Origin: Nemertoderma westbladi | Taxonomy: Eukaryota; Animalia; Xenacoelomorpha | Direction of reading: 5' to 3' | NCBI GenBank assembly: GCA_032718475.1 | Contig: JAUCBJ010004291.1 | Location: forward strand, 1-64,000 | Length of the DNA: 64,000 nt | Shown: one piece after another, positions 47,093 to 58,660 of the stretch | How the letters are laid out: every line of letters begins with the position of its first letter | How positions within the stretch are numbered: position 1 is the stretch's first letter | Program-made: the position numbers and the translations under genes | The notes under the pieces: model-generated | The model's database searches: none | What the model was told of the DNA's origin: nothing | The model's input: only the letters and a program-made list of their open reading frames with translations

Positions 47093-47349
47093 TGAAAACT
47101 AATAAATCTCAATGGAATAAATCTAATTATCGTTTGAAAATTTAAGTGATGCGTTTTGGTGTAGAAGTGAGCTATTTTGGTGGAAAGTGAGCCGTTTTGG
47201 TGGAAAGGTGATTTTTTTTAACTAATCGATTTGGTGCAAAAAGGTCTCTAATTTGGTGGGCAAATAATTTGTTCCATAAAACTTCTATAAAACTTGTTCT
47301 ATCAATTCCCATTTACAACCTTGATAGTTGAGGAGAGCTGGGTTGAAGG

Positions 47350-47750
47350 AATGTTTGTGGCATTGTTACTATGGTGGCACTAATGAATCATGACACAGAA
47401 CAGTACTATAAGGCTTGGGTTGACACATTTCCTCAATTCGAACAACCAAGTAAACTGCCATGTAAGTGGCATATTAAGAGATAATGGACTGAGAACATAG
47501 CCTTGGCTCAACTGGATAAATTTTCTTTTGCAGCTGCAAATGAGTTTACACGGTCTGTGGCAAGCGAAACAAACTAGTACACTGTTGCATACAATCCATT
47601 AGTGAACTGTAGCAAACAGATTTCACCAATATGTAACATCTGTTGTCACTGAAACAAGTGTTCTTGTAAGGATGCGGTTTTCACGAAAAGGTGCATTTTT
47701 GTAAACATATCCATGCAGTCTGCATTCGGTATCATGCTGTTAGAACAATG
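47350..47750 (+). pseudogene. MULE transposase remnant with SWIM-type zinc finger
   Basis: LMNHDTEQYYKAWVDTF...KLPCKWHIKR*W, then CNICCH..KCSCKD...CKHIHAV (frameshifted). Confidence 0.7.
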
Positions 47751-50700
47751 TCTGTTCCACAGGAAGATATCCCGTCTGTTCCGCAGGAAGTAATCATGTC
47801 TGTTCCACAGGAAGATATCCAGTCTGTTCCACTAGAAGATATCCCTTCTGTTCCACAGGAAGATATCACATCTGTTGCACAGGAAGATATCCCATCTGTT
47901 CCGCAGGAAGATATCCCATCTGTTCCACAGGAAGATATCCCGTCTGTTCCGCAGGAAGTAATCATGTCTGTTCCACAGGAAGATATCCAGTCTGTTCCAC
48001 TAGAAGATATTCCATCTGTTCCACAGGAAGATATCCCATCTGTTCCACAGGAAGATATCCCATCTGTTCCACAGGAAGATATCCATCTGTTCCACAGGAA
48101 GATATCCTGTCTGTTCCACAGGAATATATCCCATCTGTTCTACAGGAAAATATCCCGTCTGTTCCACAGGAAGATATTCCATCTGTTTAACAGGAAGATA
48201 TCCCGTCTGTTCCACAGGAAGATATCCCATCTGTTCCACAGGAAGATATCCCATCTGTTCCACAGGAAGATATCCCATCTGTTCCACAGGAAGATATCCC
48301 ATCTGTTCCACAGGAAGATATCCCGTCTGTTCCACAGGAAGATATTCCATCTGTTCCACAGGAAGATATCCCATCTGTTCCACAGGAAGATATCCCATCT
48401 GTTCCACAGGAAGATATCCCGTCTGTTCCGCAGGAATATATCCCATCTGTTCCACAGGAAGATATCCCATCTCTTCCACAGGAAGATATCCCGTCTGTTC
48501 CACATGAAGATATCCCATATGTTCCACAGGAAGATATCCCATCTGTTGCACAGGAAGATATCCAATCTGTTCTACAGGAAGATATCCTGTCTGTTCCACT
48601 AGAAGATATCCCTTCTGTTCCACAGGAAGATATCCTATCTGTTCCACAGGAAGATATCCAGTCTGTTCCGGAGGAAGATATCCCATCTGTTGCACAGGAA
48701 GATATCCAATCTGTTCCACAGGAAGATATCCTATCTGTTCCACAGGAAGATATCCAGTCTGTTCCGGAGGAAGATATTCCATCTGTTCTACAGGAAGATA
48801 TCCCATCTGTTCCACAGGAAGATATCCCATCTGTTCCACAGGAAGATATCCCGTCTGTTCAACATGAAGATATCCCATATGTTCCTCAGAAAGATATCCC
48901 ATCTGTTGCACAGGAAGATATCCAATCTGTTCTACAGGAAGATATCCTGTCTGTTCCACTAGAAGATATCCCTTCTGTTCCACAGGAAGATATCCTATCT
49001 GTTCCACAGGAAGATATCCAGTCTGTTCCGGAGGAAGATATTCCATCTGTTCTACAGGAAGATATCCCATCTGTTCCACAGGAAGATATCCCATCTGTTC
49101 CACATGAAGATATCCCATATGTTCCACAGGAAGATATCCCGTGTGTTCCACATGAAGATATCCCATATGTTCCACAGGAAGATATCCCATCTGTTGCACA
49201 GGAAGATATCCAATCTGTTCTACAGGAAGATATCTTGTCTGTTCCACTAGAAGATATCCCTTCTGTTCCACAGGAAGATATCCAGTCTGTTCCGGAGGAA
49301 GATATTCCATCTGTTCCACAGGAAGATATCCCATCTGTTCCACAGGAAGATATCCCATCTGTTCCACAGGAAGATATCCCATCTGTTCCACAGGAAGATA
49401 TCCCATCTGTTCCACAGGAAGATATCCCATCTGTTCCACAGGAAGATATCCCGTCTGTTCCACAGGAAGATATTCCATCTGTTCCACAGGAAGATATCCC
49501 ATCTGTTCCACAGGAAGATATCCCATCTGTTCCACAGGAAGATATCCAGTCTGTTCCAGAGGAAGATATTCCATCTGTTCCACAGGAAGATATCCCATCT
49601 GTTCCACAGGAAGATATCCCATCTGTTCCACAGGAAGATATCCAGTCTGTTCCAGAGGAAGATATTCCATCTGTTCCACAGGAAGATATCCCATCTGTTC
49701 CACAGGAAGATATCCCATCTGTTCCACAGGAAGATATCCTATCTGTTCCACAGGAAGATATCCAGTCTGTTCCAGAGGAAGATATTCCATCTGTTCCACA
49801 GGAAGATATCCCATCTGTTCCACAGGAAGATATCCCATCTGTTCCACAGGAAGATATCCCATCTGTTCCGCAGGAAGATATCCCATCTGTTCCACATGAA
49901 GATATCCCATCTGTTCCACAGGAAGATATCCCGTCTGTTCCGCAGGAATATATCCCATCTGTTCCACAGGAAGATATCCCATCTGTTCCACAGGAAGATA
50001 TCCCATCTGTTCCACAGGAAGATATCCCATCTGTTCCACAGGAAGATATCCCGTCTGTTCCGCAGGAATATATCCCATCTGTTCCACATGAAGATATCCC
50101 TTCTGTTCCACAGGAAGATATCCCATCTGTTCCACAGGAAGATATCCCGTCTGTTCCACATGAAGATATCCCATATGTTCCACAGGAAGATATCCCATCT
50201 GTTGCACAGGAAGATATCCCGTCTGTTCCACAGGAAGATATCTTGTCTGTTGCACAGGAAGATATCCCATCTGTTCCGCAGGAAGATATCCCATCTGTTC
50301 CACATGAAGATATCCCGTCTGTTCCACATAAAGATATCCCATATGTTCCACAGGAAGATATCCCATCTGTTGCACAGGAAGATATCCCGTCTGTTCCACA
50401 GGAAGATATCTTGTCTGTTGCACAGGAAGATATCCCATCTGTTCCACAGGAAGATATCCTGTCTGTTCCACTAGAAGATATCCCTTCTGTTCCACAGGAA
50501 GATATCCTATCTGTTCCACAGGAAGATATCCAGTCTGTTCCGGAGGAAGATATCCCATCTGTTGCACAGGAAGATATCCAATCTGTTCCACAGGAAGATA
50601 TCCTATCTGTTCCACAGGAAGATATCCAGTCTGTTCCGGAGGAAGATATTCCATCTGTTCTACAGGAAGATATCCCATCTGTTCCACAGGAAGATATCCC

Positions 50701-53700
50701 ATCTGTTCCACAGGAAGATATCCCGTCTGTTCAACATGAAAATATCCCATATGTTCCACAGGAAGATATCCCATCTGTTGCACAGGAAGATATCCAATCT
50801 GTTCTACAGGAAGATATCCTGTCTGTTCCACTAGAAGATATCCCTTCTGTTCCACAGGAAGATATCCTATCTGTTCCACAGGAAGATATCCAGTCTGTTC
50901 CGGAGGAAGATATTCCATCTGTTCTACAGGAAGATATCCCATCTGTTCCACAGGAAGATATCCCATCTGTTCCACATGAAGATATCCCATATGTTCCACA
51001 GGAAGATATCCCGTCTGTTCCACATGAAGATATCCCATATGTTCCACAGGAAGATATCCCATCTGTTGCACAGGAAGATATCCAATCTGTTCTACAGGAA
51101 GATATCTTGTCTGTTCCACTAGAAGATATCCCTTCTGTTCCACAGGAAGATATCCTATCTGTTCCACAGGAAGATATCCAGTCTGTTCCGGAGGAAGATA
51201 TTCCATCTGTTCCACAGGAAGATATCCCATCTGTTCCACAGGAAGATATCCCATCTGTTCCACAGGAAGATATCCCATCTGTTCCACAGGAAGATATCCC
51301 ATCTGTTCCACAGGAAGATATCCCATCTGTTCCACAGGAAGATATCCCGTCTGTTCCACAGGAAGATATTCCATCTGTTCCACAGGAAGATATCCCATCT
51401 GTTCCACAGGAAGATATCCCATCTGTTCCACAGGAAGATATCCTATCTGTTCCACAGGAAGATATCCAGTCTGTTCCAGAGGAAGATATTCCATCTGTTC
51501 CACAGGAAGATATCCCATCTGTTCCACAGGAAGATATCCAGTCTGTTCCAGAGGAAGATATTCCATCTGTTCCACAGGAAGATATCCCATCTGTTCCACA
51601 GGAAGATATCCCATCTGTTCCACAGGAAGATATCCTATCTGTTCCACAGGAAGATATCCAGTCTGTTCCAGAGGAAGATATTCCATCTGTTCCACAGGAA
51701 GATATCCCATCTGTTCCACAGGAAGATATCCCATCTGTTCCACAGGAAGATATCCCATCTGTTCCGCAGGAAGATATCCCATCTGTTCCACATGAAGATA
51801 TCCCATCTGTTCCACAGGAAGATATCCCGTCTGTTCCGCAGGAATATATCCCATCTGTTCCACAGGAAGATATCCCATCTGTTCCACAGGAAGATATCCC
51901 ATCTGTTCCACAGGAAGATATCCCATCTGTTCCACAGGAAGATATCCCGTCTGTTCCGCAGGAATATATCCCATCTGTTCCACAGGAAGATATCCCATCT
52001 GTTCCACAGGAAGATATCCCGTCTGTTCCACATGAAGATATCCCATATGTTCCACAGGAAGATATCCCATCTGTTGCACAGGAAGATATCCCGTCTGTTC
52101 CACAGGAAGATATCTTGTCTGTTGCACAGGAAGATATCCCATCTGTTCCGCAGGAAGATATCCCATCTGTTCCACATGAAGATATCCCGTCTGTTCCACA
52201 TAAAGATATCCCATATGTTCCACAGGAAGATATCCCGTCTGTTCCACAGGAAGATATCTTGTCTGTTGCACAGGAAGATATCCCATCTGTTCCACAGGAA
52301 GATATCCCGTCTGTTCCACATGAAGATATCCCATATGTTCCACAGGAAGATATCCCATCTGTTGCACAGGAAGATATCCCGTCTGTTCTACAGAAAGATA
52401 TCTTGTCTGTTGCACAGGAAGATATCCCATCTGTTCCGCAGGAAGATATCCCATCTGTTCCACATGAAGATATCCCATCTGTTCCGCAGGAAGATATCCT
52501 ATCTGTTCCACAGGAAGATATCCAGTCTGTTCCAGAGGAAGATATTCCATCTGTTCTACAGGAAGATATCCCATCTGTTCTACAGGAAGATATCCTGTCT
52601 GTTCCACAAGAAGATATCCCATCTGTTGCACAGGAAGATATCCTGTCTGTTCCACTAGAAGATATCCCATCTGTTCCGCAGGAAGATATCCTATCTGTTC
52701 CACAGGAAGATATCCCATCTGTTCCGCAGGAAGATATCCCATCTGTTCCACATGAAGATATCCCATCTGTTCCACAGGAAGATATCCTATCTGTTCCACA
52801 GGAAGATATCCCGTCTGTTCCAGAGGAAGATATTCCATCTGTTCCACAGGAAGATATCCTGTCTGTTCCACTAGAAGATATCCCATCTGTTCCGCAGGAA
52901 GATATCCTATCTGTTCCACAGGAAGATATCCAGTCTGTTCCAGAGGAAGATATTCCATCTGTTCTACAGGAAGATATCCCATCTGTTCTACAGGAAGATA
53001 TCCTGTCTGTTCCACAAGAAGATATCCCATCTGTTGCACAGGAAGATATCCTGTCTGTTCCACTAGAAGATATCCCATCTGTTCCGCAGGAAGATATCCT
53101 ATCTGTTCCACAGGAAGATATCCCATCTGTTCCACAGGAAGATATCCTATCTGTTCCACAGGAAGATATCCCGTCTGTTCCAGAGGAAGATATTCCATCT
53201 GTTCTACAGGAAGATATCCCATCTGTTCTACAGGAAGATATCCTGTCTGTTCCACAAGAAGATATCCCATCTGTTGCACAGGAAGATATCCCATCTGTTC
53301 TACAGGAAGATATCCTGTCTGTTCCACTAGAAGATATCCCATCTTTTGCACAGGAAGATATCCTGTCTGTTCCACTAGAAGATATCCCATCTGTTCCGCA
53401 GGAAGATATCCTATCTGTTCCACAGGAAGATATCCAGTCTGTTCCAGAGGAAGATATTCCATCTGTTCTACAGGAAGATATCCTGTCTGTTCCACAGGAA
53501 GATATCCCATCTGTTCCACAGGAAGATATCCCATCTGTTCTACAGGAAGATATCCCGTCTGTTCCGCAGGAAGATATCCCATCTGTTCTACAGGAAGATA
53601 TCCTGTCTGTTCCAGAGGAAGATATCCAGTCTGTTCCAGAGGAAGATATTCCATCTGTTCTACAGGAAGATATCCCATCTGTTATACAGGAAGATATCCT

Positions 53701-55620
53701 GTCTGTTCCACAAGAAGATATCCCATCTGTTGCACAGGAAGATATCCTGTCTGTTCCACTAGAAGATATCCCATCTGTTCCGCAGGAAGATATCCTATCT
53801 GTTCCACAGGAAGATATCCCATCTGTTCCACAGGAAGATATCCTATCTGTTCCACAGGAAGATATCCCGTCTGTTCCAGAGGAAGATATTCCATCTGTTC
53901 TACAGGAAGATATCCCATCTGTTCTACAGGAAGATATCCTGTCTGTTCCACAAGAAGATATCCCATCTGTTGCACAGGAAGATATCCCATCTGTTCTACA
54001 GGAAGATATCCTGTCTGTTCCACTAGAAGATATCCCATCTGTTGCACAGGAAGATATCCTGTCTGTTCCACTAGAAGATATCCCATCTGTTCCGCAGGAA
54101 GATATCCTATCTGTTCCACAGGAAGATATCCAGTCTGTTCCAGAGGAAGATATTCCATCTGTTCTACAGGAAGATATCCTGTCTGTTCCACAGGAAGATA
54201 TCCCATCTGTTCCACAGGAAGATATCCCATCTGTTCTACAGGAAGATATCCCGTCTGTTCCGCAGGAAGATATCCCATCTGTTCTACAGGAAGATATCCT
54301 GTCTGTTCCAGAGGAAGATATCCAGTCTGTTCCAGAGGAAGATATTCCATCTGTTATGCAGGAAAATATCCAGTCTGTTCCGCAGGAAGTAATCATGTCT
54401 GTTCCACATGAAGATATCCTGTCTGTTCCACTAGAAGATATCCCATCTGTTGCACAGGAAGATATCCTGTCTGTTCCACTAGAAGATATCCCATCTGTTC
54501 CGCAGGAAGATATCCTATCTGTTCCACAGGAAGATATCCAGTCTGTTCCAGAGGAAGATATTCCATCTGTTCTACAGGAAGATATCCTGTCTGTTCCACA
54601 GGAAGATATCCCATCTGTTCCACAGGAAGATATCCCATCTGTTCTACAGGAAGATATCCCGTCTGTTCCGCAGGAAGATATCCCATCTGTTCTACAGGAA
54701 GATATCCTGTCTGTTCCAGAGGAAGATATCCAGTCTGTTCCAGAGGAAGATATTCCATCTGTTATGCAGGAAAATATCCAGTCTGTTCCGCAGGAAGTAA
54801 TCATGTCTGTTCCACAGGAAGATATCCTATCTGTTGCACAGGAAGATATCACATCTGTTCTACAGGAAGATATCCTGTCTGTTCCACTAGAAGATATCCC
54901 ATCTGTTCCGCAGGAAGATATCCCATCTGTTCTACAGGAAGATATCCTGTCTGTTCCACAGGAAGATATCCAGTCTGTTCCAGAGGAAGATATTCCATCT
55001 GTTCTGCAGGAAAATATCCCATCTGTTCCACAGGAAGATATCCTGTCTGTTCCACAGGAATATATCCCATCTGTTCTACAGGAAGATATCCTGTCTGTTC
55101 CACAGGAAGATATCCAGTCTGTTCCAGAGGAAGATATTCCATCTGTTCTGCAGGAAAATATCCCATCTGTTCCACAGGAAGATATCCTGTCTGTTCTACA
55201 GGAAGATATCCTGTCTGTTCCACTAGAAGATATCCCTTCTGTTCCACAGGAAGATATCCCATCTGTTCCACAGGAAGATATCCTATCTGTTCCACAGGAA
55301 GATATCCAGTCTGTTCCAGAGGAAGATATTCCATCTGTTCTGCAGGAAAATATCCCATCTGTTCCACAGGAATATATCCCATCTGTTCTACAGGAAGATA
55401 TCCTGTCTGTTCCACTAGAAGATATCCCTTCTGTTCCACAGGAAGATATCCCATCTGTTCCACAGGAAGATATCCTATATGTTCCACAGGAAGATATCCA
55501 GTCTGTTCCAGAGGAAGATATTCCATCTGTTCTGCAGGAAAATATCCCATCTGTTCCACAGGAAGATATCCTGTCTGTTCCACAGGAATATATCCCATCT
55601 GTTCCACAGGAAAATACCCT
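47751..55620 (+). repeat. 24-bp tandem array (~328 units, consensus TCTGTTCCACAGGAAGATATCCCA, encoding SVPQEDIP)
   Basis: Seen directly. Begins in frame right after CKHIHAVCIRYHAVRTM and contains higher-order duplications. Confidence 0.97.
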
Positions 55621-56924
55621 GGCTGTTCATCATACTGTCCTTCAGGTGGTTCATGATGCTGATATTGAATAACTGTCCAAAAATGATTTATGTTAACCAC
55701 AACTGGTTTCTGATTTTTGGGTTTCTGGAATTCCTAAAACGTTCTGGGAGGCTACCTCTGCCATGTCTAAGTCTAAGGACCTGGTACCCTACTCCCCTGC
55801 TTCATCTGAACAAACTGAATACTTTGTTGCATAAGCCGAAAATTACGCACAGCAATAAATTAATGAATGGCTCACAATGCCATTGACAACATTATAAAAT
55901 CCTTAACATGTGATTGCCACTACTCCCAAAGTCACTTACTAATAAACAAATTATCATACACAGCCGCATTCCCTCAAACCAACAGCCCACATTCATCCAC
56001 ATTCCGTTGTACTGTAATAGGCCCTCTATGCCATCTCCTTTGTGATTGACTGACATGAATTGATTGATTTTCCAGATATTAAATGACTTGATATTTTCCA
56101 GATGGCAGAGATGCCCGAAAAGAGATAAATAAGTAAGGCCTCAATCAGCCACAGCCACCATAATAAATGCATATCATAAATGACATAAGCAAAAAAATAT
56201 ATAAATAAAAATATAACCACATTGGTAACCATGGCTACAAATTCCAACCCGTAGCATTTGAGACGCTCGGTCGCCCTGGTCTTTTTCGACCATGCCTCCT
56301 TTCCTAAAGGATCTCGGGAGAATGAATACTCCACTCGGCCATTCAGGGACCACGTTCGCATTGCTTCCTTCTTCAGCGCATTTTAGAGGCCATTTTAATA
56401 GGCAACACCGCTTCAATACTTGGAACTGTAGTCTCGCCATCTCTGAGGGCCTTTTGAGGGCATTTGATATCTGGGAAGACCCCCAACCACCACCCCTCCT
56501 AGGACCACCCGCACACTAAATTAATCCTGTCTTTCTTGCTCCAGCGCGCTTTCTTATTTAACTAATCAAGGTCTAGTTTATTTTAATATAAATTATATAA
56601 TTATTTTAATTCCATTCTTTAAGGATTCTTTTAACCTTGCTTTTAAATTTAAATTATATATATCTAAGATGTGCATTGTGCCTGGCGTATCATATGTACT
56701 GTAGGTAGCTACGATTTTACTATAGTGTATTAATTAATTATTGAATCGAGAGTACACGTTTATTACCAAAACATTTTGGTTTTTGGGGTAAAATTAATTA
56801 ATTATTTATTTAGTAACAGCACAATTTTTTAAAATTAATAATATTCTAGTAATTTAATTTATAAAACATGTAGTTAAAAATCATGTAGGTTGATGGTCAT
56901 AGTTCATTAAAAACAGGGCAGCCT

Positions 56925-57622
56925 TCAGCTTCGACAATCCACGAGGAAATGAGGTGCAATTATTGTAATGGGTGGCTTCTGTTGCTTGGCAACTGCATAA
57001 ACAGCAAATGCATGAATCGATAGGTACCAGCAGTTCGGTGTGGAACATAGCTTATGGTGGCAACCGTTTGACACTAGCTGTGCCATTGATCGCCGCCGAT
57101 AGCCTGTTAAACCCGCTAAGTTAGTGTCAGAGCTCGAAGCGTTGTCAATTGATTCTAGAATAGGGGTGGACCGGGCATATTTCGAGATTCCGCACCACAT
57201 TTTCCAGTAAAAGGCACGTACTTTACGTATATGTTCCAAAGAGTTAATATTATCTTTTGTGGTGAATATATCACAACCATATGTTACTGTCGGAAGGACA
57301 ATAGCTATGTATAATTTCCTAGCGGTTTCCATGTTAGTCATTGGTAGGTTGACTTTGGTGGCGATTCGAGCACAACATGCTATACCTTTCTTATATAGGT
57401 GTGTGTAGTATTTGCTGGCGCCGTTCTTTGTGGATATTACCACTCCTAGATATTCGAAACTATCACAAAATTCTATACTTTGTCCCATATATGTCAATAG
57501 ATCTGATCTTGCCGGGTGTCCACCTCTCCTGAATTTTACGGCTTTTGTTTTCGACAAATTGACTGTCAGATTGTTTACCCTGCAGTATTCAGCAAGTTTA
57601 TCCAGTGATTCTTGTACATCAG
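56925..57622 (-). mobile_element. 3' part of a non-LTR retrotransposon related to 5447-6590
   Basis: DVQESLDKLAEYC, KTKAVKFRRGG, YLGVVISTKNG, FYWKMWCGISK and AQLVSNGCHHKLC are co-linear with the 5.4-6.6 kb copy. Confidence 0.8.
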
Positions 57623-58092
57623 TATCTTATTAATTAATTATTAAGATGCCAATTAAAGAATAATGTTTCTTCTACTTTCATTGGTAAATGTTCATCAATA
57701 ATATTAGTTGGTTATGGAGCCCCTAAAGGGACATGTACAAATTTGTTTTCCTATCTTGTGTACACAACTTAATATCTTGTTATCTTGTATCTTAATATCT
57801 TTTTGCGTTTTTCTGGGGAAGTCAAGTGTGGGAACTTCACATTCTCCTTCTTTTTACGTTTTCGGCCGTTTTTGGAGACTGATATATTGGGAACCACATG
57901 GTTTGATTCATTTTCAGGGCATGTTCCACCCGAATATACACATCCCGATGATTCGTTAAGCTCCTCAAGCTCATTAATCTCAATAAACATCGCCTCAATA
58001 TCTTGATTGTTTGATGTATCAACAAACTCGTTTCCCATATCTTGCACTACAGTCCCATTAACCACATAGTCTTCAACACCAGCCACCAGACA

Positions 58093-58660
58093 CACCACAC
58101 CATCGTCAACTAGTTAGTCCCTTTCCACCAAATTACCCACACCATCACCAACTAGTTCGTCCCTTTCCACCAAATTACCCACACCATCACCAATAAGTTC
58201 ATCCCATTCCACCAAATTACCTACACCATCACCAACAAGTTCGTCTCTTTCCACTAAATTACCCACACCATCACCAACAAGTTCATCCCATTCCACCAAA
58301 TTACCCACATCATCGCCAACAAGTTCTTCCTGTTCCACAAAATTACCCACACTATCGCCAACAAGTTCATCCCGTTCCACTAAATTAACCACACCATCAC
58401 CAACACGTTTGTCCTGTTCCACCAAATTACCCACACTATCACCAACAAGTTCGTCATGTTCCACTAAATTACCCACACCATCGCCAACTAGTTCTTCCTT
58501 TTCCACCAAATAACCCTCACCATCACCAACTAGTTCTTCCCATTCCACCAAATTACCCACACCATCACCAACTAGTTCTTCCCTTTCCACCAAATTACCC
58601 ACGCCATCACCAACAAGTTCGTCCCATTCCACCAAATTACCCACAACATCACCAAACAGA
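58093..58660 (-). repeat. 42-bp (2x21) tandem repeat encoding GNLVERDELVGDGV
   Basis: About 13 units, open on the minus strand (ORF 58114..58644), embedded in an unassigned degenerate ORF continuing to ~57770. Confidence 0.85.

Noticed and set aside
48000-54852. Giant minus-strand ORFs (1892 aa GYLPVEQM; 1373 aa ISSCGTDG) and other alternative-frame ORFs in the array
   Set aside because: By-products of a 24-bp unit that lacks stops in most frames; only the SVPQEDIP frame connects to unique coding sequence.
47751-55620. CRISPR-like appearance of regularly repeated units
   Set aside because: Units are contiguous with no unique spacers, there are no cas genes, and the context is eukaryotic.
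56026-56519. Several overlapping short ORFs
   Set aside because: No domain signal; looks like non-coding repeat sequence.
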